Positions 48,296 to 58,816 of a stretch of 64,000 bases of DNA are shown one piece after another. Each line of letters starts with the position of its first letter. Within the stretch, counting starts at the first letter, position 1. Where the stretch lies: the IMG/VR virus record IMGVR_UViG_3300037453_000171, positions 35,881-99,880 of that record, one strand, 5' to 3'. Below the pieces are notes generated by a model that searched no databases, was not told the origin of the DNA, and worked only from the letters and a program-made list of their open reading frames with translations. This DNA comes from a virus. Its lineage: Duplodnaviria; Caudoviricetes. Both the position numbers and the translations under genes were made by a program.

Positions 48296-49828
48296 TTAAG
48301 CCTGAAGGATGGCGGGGATAAGGGAGATACACCGGGTCGGGTCGTAGATGACCAGACCGAGGGTAGCCTTGTAATGGACCACCGCGCTGTCTTCATCGTA
48401 GGAAGCGGAGCTGTTGTTGGTCTCGCCCGTGAACGGGTTGGAGAACGGACCCCACTGATAGCCACGCAGTTCGGGCATGCCCTTCACCGTGCACTTCTGG
48501 ACATTCGGCTGCTCCTCGTCGGCGGCATAGAAGATGTCGAACCGATAGGACTCGGCGGTACCACCCAGCGGGTGCATGATCTTGTTGGTCTGCATGTCAT
48601 CCTTGGAGGAATCGATCATGACGGTAACCTCAAGACCATTGGCGGAAAGCCAGCGGGTAACCTGGAAGTCGGCGATGGTAGCGGCGTTGCCGTTGGTGAA
48701 GTTGGTCTCCGGGCCCTTCGTCATGTAGGACGGAGTGGAAGCGGAATACAGAGGAATCCAGCCGGACATCTCCTTCTTGGCTTCCTTGCTGAACAGGATG
48801 GCGCCACGCTCACCGGTACGCAGGACGAACTTGCGCTTGTTGAAATCGAGCTTGCCAGCGGAGATACCGTAGAGGGCGTCCTCGACAAGACCGATGGTGA
48901 ACTTGTTGTAGTACATCATATTACCCTGAGCCTGCTGCTGGCGGAAACCGGCACCCTGCTCATTGGGCAGACCAGACAGACCGAAGTTGGAATACTCGCC
49001 GTTCTCCATCCGGGTGCTGACACCGCGGTCGAGGGCGTTGTTCTTGTACTCGCTCCAGGTCTCCTCGATCTTCCAGGTCACGTTGTAGATCCAGCGATCG
49101 ACGGTGGTGTGCTGGATCTTGCCGTTGACTTCCTTGGAAACGGGGATGCGGCAGCAGAGACGCTTGCCAAGCTCGCGACCACCGATCTTGTGCTGGATAC
49201 GGAGGCGGCTCCAACCCTGACGCATGGAAACGGGGGTGCTGAAACGGACGTCACCGACCTTGCGGGAGAAGTCCTTCTCGATAGGAGCATAGGCCCAGCT
49301 GAAACGCTCACCGGGGAGAAGGCGGTCCTTCGGGATACCACCGGCAAGGTGAGCACCGAACGGCTCGACGAGATACACGGTGTTGGTACCTTCGGCGTGA
49401 CCCATCTCCTTCACGATGACGGGATACTCTTCATTGAAATTGCCCCAGAGGACTTCGCCGAGAGCGAACCAGTCGACAGGGAAAACGAGATAGAACGGCT
49501 CGAAACCACGACCGATGTTGTGGTCGGTAGCAGCCGTGATCGGAGTGCCGTCGCACTCACGGGCCTCCACCAGAGGAATGTTCCGGCGGGAGGAGGACAC
49601 GACATCCCAGAACAGATCGGTATCATCTTCGTATTCACGGACGGGAACCTCACGGGAGAGGTAGGTGTCCAGAGTCGGAAGATGCATCTGGCTCATGAGG
49701 ACGGTCATGACATCGCTGGCCATCTGAGGGTTGGAACGGAAGATGTTATAAAGGTGGTTGTCCTTCGTAACGGTTCCTCTCCAAGCGGTGATGCCAACAT
49801 TAGTGGAATTGACTAAAGGTCCTGGCAT
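48296..49828 (-). CDS. Major capsid protein (crAss-like HK97 fold)
   Basis: 510 aa; FVLRTGERGA; HPLGGTAESYRF; YDPTRC; strongest codon bias; follows the acidic scaffold. Confidence 0.88.
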   Translation of the reverse strand: MPGPLVNSTNVGITAWRGTVTKDNHLYNIFRSNPQMASDVMTVLMSQMHLPTLDTYLSREVPVREYEDDTDLFWDVVSSSRRNIPLVEARECDGTPITAATDHNIGRGFEPFYLVFPVDWFALGEVLWGNFNEEYPVIVKEMGHAEGTNTVYLVEPFGAHLAGGIPKDRLLPGERFSWAYAPIEKDFSRKVGDVRFSTPVSMRQGWSRLRIQHKIGGRELGKRLCCRIPVSKEVNGKIQHTTVDRWIYNVTWKIEETWSEYKNNALDRGVSTRMENGEYSNFGLSGLPNEQGAGFRQQQAQGNMMYYNKFTIGLVEDALYGISAGKLDFNKRKFVLRTGERGAILFSKEAKKEMSGWIPLYSASTPSYMTKGPETNFTNGNAATIADFQVTRWLSANGLEVTVMIDSSKDDMQTNKIMHPLGGTAESYRFDIFYAADEEQPNVQKCTVKGMPELRGYQWGPFSNPFTGETNNSSASYDEDSAVVHYKATLGLVIYDPTRCISLIPAILQA

Positions 49829-49877
49829 AATGCTATAAAATTTAGTTAAACAAAAGTTGTCTGATGGTCCCCGGCTC

Positions 49878-51002
49878 CTATCCCATGTCCACCTTCCATC
49901 CGTCGTTCAGAAGGGTATCTGTATCCATCTGACCTCCGGACACATATTTCAGTGAACCGTCGGAATCGAAAGCCGAAGAATTGATCTTCCTTTCAAGTTC
50001 GCGGATGCCCTTATTCTTCTCTGCGATGACCTGAGCCTTGGCAAGACCGGAGAAATCCTTTCCTCCGTTGGTCAGCACGTACCACATGCCGATCTGCTTG
50101 AGAAACTCCATCGGGTTCTCCTTCTGGAACTTCTGAACCTGCGTAAGCAGCTGACCCGTATCAGGATCCTTGTACACAGGTTTCGATACAGCGTCGAATA
50201 CGCTCTGTCTCGTTTTCTTGTCAAGTTTCGTTTCACCCAGAACAATGTCATCCTCGAGGATCATCTTGCGGAATTTCGCCTCGTCCTGCTGACGCGCCTT
50301 CTTTGCGTTCTCGACTTTCTCCTTCGCATCCTGCTGGATCTTCGTGTAGCCTTTCTTGTAGAAGTTGCTCAGGGCATCAAGGGCATCTTTGGCATCTTCC
50401 AGATCCGATCCAGACTTGAAGGACTTCTCCACTTCCTTCACCGCCTTCTCCTGCGAGAAACCACGGTTGATCAGATCGTTGTAGATGAGCTGCTTCCTGA
50501 TGTTCTCTCCCTGTTCGCCTTCGTCGTTCAGGACATCGTCCGTGATGGAGTCGAGATACGAGATGGTCTGCTCGTACATCTTGACGGTATCGGGAGCGAT
50601 CCCGTTGCCAAGAGCCTCGTCAATCCTCCTCTGTCTCTCATCCAGTTTGGACGCAATGGCCTTCTCGAACAGTTCGGCGAATGCTTCGGGCGTAGACACC
50701 GCATTCAGTTCCTCATCGCTGAACTCGGGGAATATGCCATCATTCTTCAGAGCAGTGGCTATGGAAGAATAGATGGATGGAGAAGAACCATCGCCCTTGG
50801 GACTGATGGCATTTTCCACGTGTTCCTCTTCCGTACCTACTTTCTCCGAAGGACCATTGTCCTCCTCGGTCGGCGTTTCTTTCTGTTCTTCTTCCTTTAC
50901 AGGTTCATCCATCTCCTGCAAAGGTTTCGTCTCGTCAAAGAGCTTTTCGGCTTCCTCCGCAGAGAGAAGACCGCTTGAAATGTCAAAACTAAAATCTTCC
51001 AT
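49878..51002 (-). CDS. Acidic scaffolding-like protein
   Basis: D/E-rich N-terminus, coiled coil, immediately upstream of the MCP; start MEDF at 51002. Confidence 0.7.
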   Translation of the reverse strand: MEDFSFDISSGLLSAEEAEKLFDETKPLQEMDEPVKEEEQKETPTEEDNGPSEKVGTEEEHVENAISPKGDGSSPSIYSSIATALKNDGIFPEFSDEELNAVSTPEAFAELFEKAIASKLDERQRRIDEALGNGIAPDTVKMYEQTISYLDSITDDVLNDEGEQGENIRKQLIYNDLINRGFSQEKAVKEVEKSFKSGSDLEDAKDALDALSNFYKKGYTKIQQDAKEKVENAKKARQQDEAKFRKMILEDDIVLGETKLDKKTRQSVFDAVSKPVYKDPDTGQLLTQVQKFQKENPMEFLKQIGMWYVLTNGGKDFSGLAKAQVIAEKNKGIRELERKINSSAFDSDGSLKYVSGGQMDTDTLLNDGWKVDMG

Positions 51003-51023
51003 TTTTTCTCCTTTTGGTTTGCA

Positions 51024-51031
51024 CAAATTTA
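51024..51031 (-). promoter_or_regulatory. -7 promoter element TAAATTTG for the capsid operon
   Basis: caaattta on the + strand upstream of ATG 51002. Confidence 0.55.
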
Positions 51032-51219
51032 TTGAAAGTCAATATGCAAACCCCAAGCATAACTATTTCGCTTAATGGTAATTAAGAAAGTTATTTGCAG
51101 TAACAGGTTTAGTAATAAATATCGAAAACGAGATGTTGTCACTCCTGGAAAACCCGTGAACGAAATCGCATATCGTAAAAATCCTCCGCAAGATATTGTC
51201 TTACAGAGGATTACGAGAT

Positions 51220-51501
51220 TTATTTCTTCGCTTTCTTCAAGTCTTTCTTCTCCCACATAAGCTCCTTGAACCCAGGAACCTTCCTTCCTTTCGGTATCTT
51301 GCCTTGGCGTACAAGGTTGTCGAATGTAGCCCTGCTTATATTCAGATAAGTATATGCCTGATATTTACTCATCGGAATATCTGTTCTGGTAGTCTCCCGG
51401 AGGAACTTCGCAATCTTGATGGATTCTTCTTCATCGATGTTGGAGTTGCCCGCATCGATATCGTCTATCATCTTTTGGAGGTACGGTTTTAGATTTTTCA
51501 T
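51220..51501 (-). CDS. Small winged-HTH DNA-binding protein (Xis/AlpA-like)
   Basis: MSKYQAYTYLNISRATFDNLVRQGKIPKGRK...LMW. Confidence 0.7.
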   Translation of the reverse strand: MKNLKPYLQKMIDDIDAGNSNIDEEESIKIAKFLRETTRTDIPMSKYQAYTYLNISRATFDNLVRQGKIPKGRKVPGFKELMWEKKDLKKAKK

Positions 51502-51871
51502 GACGGTAACAGTAAAGTACAAGGATGGACAGAAGGAACAACAAGAATACGTGGATGTCGAATATCACAAGGTCGGATACGGGGATGCCTATCTCAAGGT
51601 CAACCAGACCGAGGATGTTCGATACGACTACATAATGAAGAAACATCCTATGGTATGCGCAGAAGCGGAACACATAGGATGCAAGATACAGGAACGTCAA
51701 TGTAAGGAACGATACGCCGCCGAAATAGGACAGCCAGTAGGATTGTATACCGAAGATACACAGGAAAGTATTCAAGGCGCTGGACAAAGCAAGCAGGACG
51801 GGGATGAACTTCAGCAGAATGATCACCGCCTTGTACAGCATCTTACTTCTTAATCCTTCCTCCTTTGTCAT
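51431..51871 (-). CDS. Multi-TM membrane protein
   Basis: About 4 hydrophobic helices; FRFCAYHRM. Confidence 0.65.
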   Translation of the reverse strand: MTKEEGLRSKMLYKAVIILLKFIPVLLALSSALNTFLCIFGIQSYWLSYFGGVSFLTLTFLYLASYVFRFCAYHRMFLHYVVVSNILGLVDLEIGIPVSDLVIFDIHVFLLFLLSILVLYCYRHEKSKTVPPKDDRRYRCGQLQHR

Positions 51872-51983
51872 ACGGAGATTTGTCAAATCTTCCAGCTCTC
51901 GTGATATTCGGATGCTTGACACGGTTGTTACCGGACAACCTGGTTTTCAGTTTGCCGATTGCTTCTTTTACTTTATTAGCCAT
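51843..51983 (-). CDS. Small basic peptide ending YDKGGRIKK
   Basis: 46 aa from ATG 51983; K/R-rich. Confidence 0.55.
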   Translation of the reverse strand: MANKVKEAIGKLKTRLSGNNRVKHPNITRAGRFDKSPYDKGGRIKK

Positions 51984-52261
51984 AACGCAATGGTTCCAAC
52001 AATAGTATACATCAATCTGGTATACCACGGCTGTTCGAAGTTCAGATCACAGTCCTTCGTCTTCTCCCGCTTGATGCCGAGATTGTACGCAAGATTGTGA
52101 GAAGCCCATTCGCGTATCAAAGACCTCTCGCTGCGCATCCAAAGAAGGCGTGTCGGATGCAGGTTCATCATCTTCGCCAGCTCGTAATCGAAATCAGATT
52201 TGGAGACCAGGTAAGAATCCAACAGTTTTACCCGGTCTCCGTAAATCTTGTACTTCATCAC
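51968..52261 (-). CDS. Hypothetical protein
   Basis: RSERSLIREWASHNLAYNLG. Confidence 0.65.
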   Translation of the reverse strand: MMKYKIYGDRVKLLDSYLVSKSDFDYELAKMMNLHPTRLLWMRSERSLIREWASHNLAYNLGIKREKTKDCDLNFEQPWYTRLMYTIVGTIALWLIK

Positions 52262-52500
52262 TTCTCGATTTCCTTGTCCTTCTTATCGTAGATCCAATGC
52301 CAGAAGAATGGTGCAAGGATATAGGCGAACACCTCAAGGATTCCGATGATAACGAGGGTCATCACGATCCACTTGGCGACCTCCTCGAAAAGATTAGCCT
52401 CCACGACCTTGCCGAAGCAGAGGCCGCAGATGGCGATGATGACGACAGCAAAGATAGCCGTCCAAAGCATTACACGCTTGCAGAAAAGTTTCTTCTCCAT
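52258..52500 (-). CDS. Two-TM membrane protein (holin-like candidate)
   Basis: 80 aa, two TM helices, charged C-terminus. Confidence 0.55.
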   Translation of the reverse strand: MEKKLFCKRVMLWTAIFAVVIIAICGLCFGKVVEANLFEEVAKWIVMTLVIIGILEVFAYILAPFFWHWIYDKKDKEIEK

Positions 52501-52511
52501 AATATTATTGG

Positions 52512-55500
52512 TTAAACGGTTTCTTTATACGGGCCAGAATAATTGCTCCACAGATCGAGTTTGGATATATAACTTGTGCCTCCCTGAGTCTGGTCATTCC
52601 ATCCACCAGAGCCCGTGTCGGCTGAGTACTCGGCAAGTATATCTGCGCTATCCACATATATCTTCGTAAGCCTCGTAAATGACGCACACAGAACATCCGG
52701 AGTTCCGGTCATATGGTTATGTTTCAGATGGATTATACAACCGTTTGAAAGACCTTTTGCGGAATCCTCATATAGCAGCCTACCGCCAGTAACCGTTCCG
52801 CCTATTTCTATGAACGAAAGCTGGCTTGTAATTAAAGCATCATATGTATCGACAATTCCAGACTGACCGCAAATCAAATTCCCTCCAACTTTTACGACTT
52901 CTGTATTTGGATTATGCGAAAGGAAGTAGAGTGCGTTTTCCTCGTTAAGATCCCCACGTATATATATATACCGAAAATCAAGTTGCCATCCATTTATTCT
53001 CCTTACGCTTCCATAACATTCAAATGTTCCGGTCCCGTTTCCAAATGTGACGGTACCGGCAGTATTGCCCGTTCCAGCATTAATGGTTGAAGTTCCAGAA
53101 TATGTGAAGTTGACTATGCCAGAACACCCGTTGAATGCGGACAAGTTGATATCCATAACAGTAGCCGGAAGGCTTACGGATGTAATTTGCGTACATCCAT
53201 TGAAAGCATACTTACCTATCGAGGCCAGCTGCGACATAAATGCGAACGACGATATGCTCGTGCATCCTTCGAAAGCCGACTCGCCGACGGAACGGACAGA
53301 CTGCGGAACGGTTATGCTCGAAAGTGAAGAACAACCCTTGAACGCATTGCTCCCAATGGACAGGAGCTGGTCCGGAAGAACAACGCTCGTAAGGCTTGTG
53401 CATCCAGTGAACGCATCTTCAACGGAAAGCAATCCGGTGAAGTACTGTAGTTCGTTGAACCTCGTTATGGAAGTGTTGCCCTTGTATACATCCGCATCGT
53501 TCACTCCCTTCAACGCGGTAACAGCAGCAGCCTGCGTGAACTTCACATAACCGTTCGAGCCAAACGCAGAAACCGAGAGGCTTTCTACGGTGCTGTCGTA
53601 GAAATCAATGCAGGCATTGTCTGGATTATATGTAATGTATAACGCACCGAAGTACGGAGCCTGTATCCGTTTCATTCCGGGATGTTCCGTAGAATTAGTA
53701 GGGGTTCCACCATTGGCAAGCAGTTCCATATCAGAACGATAGAACGTTCCTGCCAGCAACTTGCCCTCAAGGGAAGGATTCAGTGAAGAACTTCCGGAAC
53801 CGGTTTGGTCAACTCCATTATACGGATGCGATACACCATCTTTATCTTTGTTCTGCATGATATGCGCAAGCATCCGAATCTGCTTTCCGGTAGCCGACAT
53901 TTCGCTGCCCCAAAGAAGTCTTATGTAAGACAAACTCTGATCTTCGGTGTCATAAATTTCCTCCAGCGTAGACATACCGTCCAGCGCATCACATTCCTCA
54001 AGATATAGAAGAAGTATTCCGGATGGATCTTCCGGAAGGACAAGGTCATTCAAATATCTGATGACCTGATAAGACAGCGTAGTCACATCTTCAGGAAGAT
54101 GTAGTTTTTCAATCTTACTTCCACGAGGAAGAATGACGGCACCGATACTCGTTCCCTCGGCATAGACTTCCTTGATACGTTTGCAGTTGGACAAGTCAAG
54201 AGAACCCGTCATATCCTCAGCATTACGAACGTCAACAACCTCAAGACAAGGAAGACCGTTTACAGAATCAATGGAAATAGTAGACACGTTAGTGGTTACC
54301 GTCTGCGTAGCATCACCAAGCTTCAGAGTACGTAGTTTCTTTCCGGATACCTTGAACGTGCCACCGTCGAGCGGTCCGAGCTGAAGGTCCTTCAAGTCCC
54401 CAAGGCTCGTAAGATTGTCGACGGCCTGGATGGTGTACACGGTCTGGCCATCACCAACCAATGAGCCGAAGGTATAGGAAGCGCCAGCCATCCTTCTTTC
54501 AGTAGGACGGATATCGTTGTCGCCGATAATCAGGCAAGGATACATCGCGGTAGCCGGAGTAAGCGTCATCGAGCCGAGCGATATCGGTCGGAACTGAATT
54601 CTTCCGAGATAATCATGTTCGTAGTTTCCAAATGCACCGGCACCGAACAAAGACATGCAGTAAAGGGCACGATGCTGAACCCACCTGCGCTCCGCCTGAT
54701 AATGGTCACCAAGCGATTGGCGAAGCGGATCGGCGGAAAAGCTTCTTCCCGTCAACCACGCCGTTTCATATTTGATGTTCCCGTCAATATTATACGCGGT
54801 CTGCGGGAAATACTTCTGTGCATTCTTCCAGAAATATTTCTCAAAGAACTGGACGAATCCGTCATAGGTATTGTCTCCGCCGGAAAGTTGCGCCATCAGT
54901 TCAATGGTTTTCTTGCCAAGCGACTTGATCCCGTCATAGTTCACGTTACCGGAAGTATAATCAGACCACATGCTTTCGTGGACAAGATTCCACAGAACGG
55001 AATTAGATCCGGCGAAATACGGAGAGCCATTGACGGTATCCTCGAATTCTATGTAAGAAGGCTTGGTCTGGCCACCGTTGTTGTCGATATCCTCGATGGT
55101 ATCAAGGTCATCCTGACGGAACCTCCACTTACCTCCCATATAATAAGGATACTGGTTCTTGGCGAAGTTATCCGTTGCACCGAAGATGACAAGGAACACA
55201 TAGTTGAACGCGAGTTCGTTCATATCCCAGTAGGTCGGAGCGTTGGCAAGGAAACGTTCTCGTCTCGCCTCCTTGAACAATTCGTTCTGCTCGTCCAGAT
55301 CAAGATCCGTCAATTCAGAATCGTCAATACCGGTATCCGTACGAAGATCAAGCGCAGTATAACTTCCGCTGCTCTTGTAGCCGGATACATAAGTTCCGGA
55401 TTCATACTCGTAATGGTACAGCTTATACTCATCTTCAATCCAGAACTGGACGTCAGCATAAGAAATCCTGTTCCGAAGCAACCTCGACTGAAATCCTTCT

Positions 55501-58500
55501 ATATCGTCATTGATATTGGCAAGAACAGCCGCGGCGGATGCTCCGCCAAAATCAGCATCGTCCAGGGCGATAGGAACTATCAACGTAGAGTTGTTATATA
55601 CGACATCATATGCATCCTTGAATGTCGCCTCAAGAACAGGCATCGCTTCCGTAGGATCACCCGTGTCTGCGGCTCCGGCATTACCAACCTCGACAGCGTT
55701 CTGATAGTTTCCGGACGGAGCCTTCGTTGCAAGGAATCCATCGCCGCTGCTATTGACGAAATACGCAGCCTGCTCATCCCACGGCACATTGAACTTCGTC
55801 ATCTGAGGGGTGTGGTCAACGCCCTCCAAGGTAACGAGGTCTTCTTCGTCCACCAGATCCCATCCGAATGTAGGTTTATCCCCCTTGTCGGGTCCGATCG
55901 TGAACAAGCCAATGAACTTGTATGAAGCCTTACCTTGCGAATCAACATTCTTCTGGAAGCCGTAAGCCGGATATTGATACACGGCTACGGTAGGCATCGG
56001 AAGTTCTTCCTGTGCGGCTTTCTCCTGAGCCTCATTCAACATCGCGCCCTCAAGAAGGGAGTTATGGAGAAGATTATAAACCTTCGTCGCTCCCATCTTA
56101 TGCGACTGCATGGAAGATGCGAAGTTAATCTTCGCGGTAATGCGCTTGACAGCCGGATGATTATCCTCTCCGTCAAACCAGACCGTTTTGCTGCTGGAGG
56201 CGGGAAGCTCGACAAAAGTACGGACACCGGAAGAAATCACCGGAGCGTCGTAATAAGCAACCTCGCGTTTCTTCGATGCGTCGGTCTTGTCTATTCTCCA
56301 CCGGATATTCCACAGCCAGTAGTTCATGGATGTAGTACCCTGGCCCTTCGTCTCGACGTCATATATCTTCCAGTCCCACGCGGAAAGAGAATTACCATTA
56401 TCGTCAACTCCGTAGTGCATCTCGATATTGGAACGACCACCGTTCGGATAAAGCGTCTGCGGTACATTCGGACTACCGGAAGTCATCTCAACGACAAAGA
56501 AGTTGTACTTGCCCTCGTCCTTGATCTTTTCATAGGAGATGTCACGGGAACTGCTCTTCAGGACTGAATCCATGAAATTCCGGTACAACACCTTCTCGCT
56601 TCGGGTGGCAAGTGAATTCAGCCAGTTGTTCTCCGCGCCAGAAGAAGACAGCGGCTTATTGTATGCACGGACCATATAAAGATACAAATCTGCCGTATCG
56701 GAACCGAAGATAGCCGCAGCGCTGCTGCTGGACCAGATGGTATTCGTGGCATACTCGAACTCGAAGTTCTTGACGCCGTTTACATATCCGGTGACAAGAT
56801 TGAATCCGCTGTGTGTTTCAAAAGCCCTCTGAATAGACAGGACGAAATGAACGACTTCCTCATCAAGAAGATTTGTACCCTGATAGATATCGTTTGCGGA
56901 TGTCGTATCGGAGCCGGAATGAACAGTGATGTTGGCGGGCCTGATACGTAATCCGAGGAAGCCGTTTTCGGTAGGATTCTGCGCTATCGTGATTACATTC
57001 TCATCATAGTCGGAAACATTAGCCACCTTATAGCACAGCTCAATCGTAATGTTCTCGCCAGGCAAGAAGTTATAGCTCGCATTCGGTATCGTCAATTTTG
57101 TACGGGCAGGCAGGTGCAAACATTTTCTTCCATCATCATCCACATCCCAGCCATCCATTCCATCAACCCAGGACATTCCAGTCCATGTGACGGAAGACAA
57201 AGCAACCGGAGTTGATCCCGCGGTATTATACACGACCTCCTTCGTGGTCTCTCCATTGGAACGAAGGCTCGTATTAAGATAGAAGGTGGCTCCATCCTCG
57301 GAAGGGAATATCTCCGTATTGTTAACCGGCGACACGTCTTCCTGATAATTGTCGGTCATCGCCACGCGATAACGAATGGTAAGGTTATCGCGGCTTGTAA
57401 CGACATTGATGCTGTAGTTGAGGCTCTGCTTAGTGCTGGTGAAAATCTGAGATTGGATCACCGTGGATTCCTCCGGCGTTCCGGCAATATACGGAGTAAC
57501 GGTAATGGTCGGAGTTCCGTAGGTTTCGCCAGCATTATAGATGGCATAGTCGCAAAGATGAGCCGCCTCATCATAGTTATTGACTTCCTTGCCGGAGTTA
57601 TTCATGATCGCAAGCCTTGCGGAATACTCGTCTCCGGGAGCAATATACATGATATTGTATGTAATCGCAGTTTCCCTCGTGGACAGATCTCCGGAAGTCA
57701 GCCAAACCTTCACACTGTAGATGCCGGTGGACAGGGCAGAAAGATTATTCCCGTCTTCGTCTTTCGGATGAAGCAGATCAAGCCCCTCACTCCGCGTAAA
57801 GTAATACGGAGTTTCCAATGCTTCCGAACTTCCGATGTCACGACTGTAATACGCTACAGAAGACAGGGCCGTTGATATTTCCATATGAAGTATCTTCGCT
57901 ACGGTACCGACGATCTTGAATCCACCAAGATGGTAATTCTCGTCATAGAAGTTTTCGATCAGCGGTTTATCCCAGGTATTGCCCCACTCTTCGATATACA
58001 TTTCTGCTACCGTGACGGTCCAGATAACAGAAGTGGAAAGCGACGGATCGTCAACAGCATAGAAATAGAAGCGGAAACGGTTCACGCCAACCGGAAGATA
58101 CTGGCGCACATCGACCGACAATCTTCCAACAGAGGAAAGAATCGTCTGCGCAAGTTCCGGTATCTCCTCATAGTTACCGGTATTACGGGCGTCGATATAT
58201 ACTCGGACACCGATATCCTGACCTGTAGGATTCCAGACAGGTTCGCCAAGTTCGCGCTTCTCCGCCTGAACGTCCATCGAAAGAACGACTTGTTCCGCGT
58301 TGACTGAAACATTGATATCAGTCTTCCCGTCCGGGGTGACATGTATCCTGTACTGCGTCGTTTCGAACCGCAACGGAATGGATTCAAGAACAAGACTGAC
58401 CTTGCTGTGGTCAGCCTCGAATTCCTGCTTGTCATTCTGGTCCTTGAACAGATACAGAGTCATATCCGTAGAATCGAAAAGACCAGCTCCAACCTTTGAA

Positions 58501-58616
58501 TTGAGTGTCTGCTTTATATAATTCTGGACAGAACCACCCGAATACGGTAATCCATTTCGAGGATCAAGACCCCAGTCATCTCCAGGGCGTATCGGATTAT
58601 CGCTCTTTCTTGCCAT
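52512..58616 (-). CDS. Large fibre/adhesin-like protein: LamG + CotH kinase-like + BspA-type LRR
   Basis: ITIELCYKV...GYVNGV (LamG); QGTTSMNY, GATDNFAKNQY, WRFRQDDLD (CotH-like); SIGSNAFKGCSSLSSITVP repeats. Confidence 0.75.
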   Translation of the reverse strand: MARKSDNPIRPGDDWGLDPRNGLPYSGGSVQNYIKQTLNSKVGAGLFDSTDMTLYLFKDQNDKQEFEADHSKVSLVLESIPLRFETTQYRIHVTPDGKTDINVSVNAEQVVLSMDVQAEKRELGEPVWNPTGQDIGVRVYIDARNTGNYEEIPELAQTILSSVGRLSVDVRQYLPVGVNRFRFYFYAVDDPSLSTSVIWTVTVAEMYIEEWGNTWDKPLIENFYDENYHLGGFKIVGTVAKILHMEISTALSSVAYYSRDIGSSEALETPYYFTRSEGLDLLHPKDEDGNNLSALSTGIYSVKVWLTSGDLSTRETAITYNIMYIAPGDEYSARLAIMNNSGKEVNNYDEAAHLCDYAIYNAGETYGTPTITVTPYIAGTPEESTVIQSQIFTSTKQSLNYSINVVTSRDNLTIRYRVAMTDNYQEDVSPVNNTEIFPSEDGATFYLNTSLRSNGETTKEVVYNTAGSTPVALSSVTWTGMSWVDGMDGWDVDDDGRKCLHLPARTKLTIPNASYNFLPGENITIELCYKVANVSDYDENVITIAQNPTENGFLGLRIRPANITVHSGSDTTSANDIYQGTNLLDEEVVHFVLSIQRAFETHSGFNLVTGYVNGVKNFEFEYATNTIWSSSSAAAIFGSDTADLYLYMVRAYNKPLSSSGAENNWLNSLATRSEKVLYRNFMDSVLKSSSRDISYEKIKDEGKYNFFVVEMTSGSPNVPQTLYPNGGRSNIEMHYGVDDNGNSLSAWDWKIYDVETKGQGTTSMNYWLWNIRWRIDKTDASKKREVAYYDAPVISSGVRTFVELPASSSKTVWFDGEDNHPAVKRITAKINFASSMQSHKMGATKVYNLLHNSLLEGAMLNEAQEKAAQEELPMPTVAVYQYPAYGFQKNVDSQGKASYKFIGLFTIGPDKGDKPTFGWDLVDEEDLVTLEGVDHTPQMTKFNVPWDEQAAYFVNSSGDGFLATKAPSGNYQNAVEVGNAGAADTGDPTEAMPVLEATFKDAYDVVYNNSTLIVPIALDDADFGGASAAAVLANINDDIEGFQSRLLRNRISYADVQFWIEDEYKLYHYEYESGTYVSGYKSSGSYTALDLRTDTGIDDSELTDLDLDEQNELFKEARRERFLANAPTYWDMNELAFNYVFLVIFGATDNFAKNQYPYYMGGKWRFRQDDLDTIEDIDNNGGQTKPSYIEFEDTVNGSPYFAGSNSVLWNLVHESMWSDYTSGNVNYDGIKSLGKKTIELMAQLSGGDNTYDGFVQFFEKYFWKNAQKYFPQTAYNIDGNIKYETAWLTGRSFSADPLRQSLGDHYQAERRWVQHRALYCMSLFGAGAFGNYEHDYLGRIQFRPISLGSMTLTPATAMYPCLIIGDNDIRPTERRMAGASYTFGSLVGDGQTVYTIQAVDNLTSLGDLKDLQLGPLDGGTFKVSGKKLRTLKLGDATQTVTTNVSTISIDSVNGLPCLEVVDVRNAEDMTGSLDLSNCKRIKEVYAEGTSIGAVILPRGSKIEKLHLPEDVTTLSYQVIRYLNDLVLPEDPSGILLLYLEECDALDGMSTLEEIYDTEDQSLSYIRLLWGSEMSATGKQIRMLAHIMQNKDKDGVSHPYNGVDQTGSGSSSLNPSLEGKLLAGTFYRSDMELLANGGTPTNSTEHPGMKRIQAPYFGALYITYNPDNACIDFYDSTVESLSVSAFGSNGYVKFTQAAAVTALKGVNDADVYKGNTSITRFNELQYFTGLLSVEDAFTGCTSLTSVVLPDQLLSIGSNAFKGCSSLSSITVPQSVRSVGESAFEGCTSISSFAFMSQLASIGKYAFNGCTQITSVSLPATVMDINLSAFNGCSGIVNFTYSGTSTINAGTGNTAGTVTFGNGTGTFECYGSVRRINGWQLDFRYIYIRGDLNEENALYFLSHNPNTEVVKVGGNLICGQSGIVDTYDALITSQLSFIEIGGTVTGGRLLYEDSAKGLSNGCIIHLKHNHMTGTPDVLCASFTRLTKIYVDSADILAEYSADTGSGGWNDQTQGGTSYISKLDLWSNYSGPYKETV

Positions 58617-58627
58617 ATCTGATTATT

Positions 58628-58816
58628 TTAATTTTTCCACGGTTCGTCGTTGAGCCACGGTTTGTCGTTGATCCAGTATCCAGCACCGAAGCAGGACCGA
58701 ATCGCGGTCCATACCAACCTGGCTCCATTGTATATTTCCTGAACTATCTGCCACCTGCCGACTTCAAGCATCCGCTTCTTACCGGCGAGCTGATAGTTGT
58801 TCCTATAAATTATCAC
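58628..58816 (-). CDS. Small conserved protein
   Basis: VWTAIRSCFGAGYWINDKPWLNDEPWKN. Confidence 0.65.
   Translation of the reverse strand: MIIYRNNYQLAGKKRMLEVGRWQIVQEIYNGARLVWTAIRSCFGAGYWINDKPWLNDEPWKN

Noticed and set aside
48218-49816. 532-aa + strand ORF antisense to the MCP
   Set aside because: Shadow ORF caused by strong codon bias; no recognisable motifs
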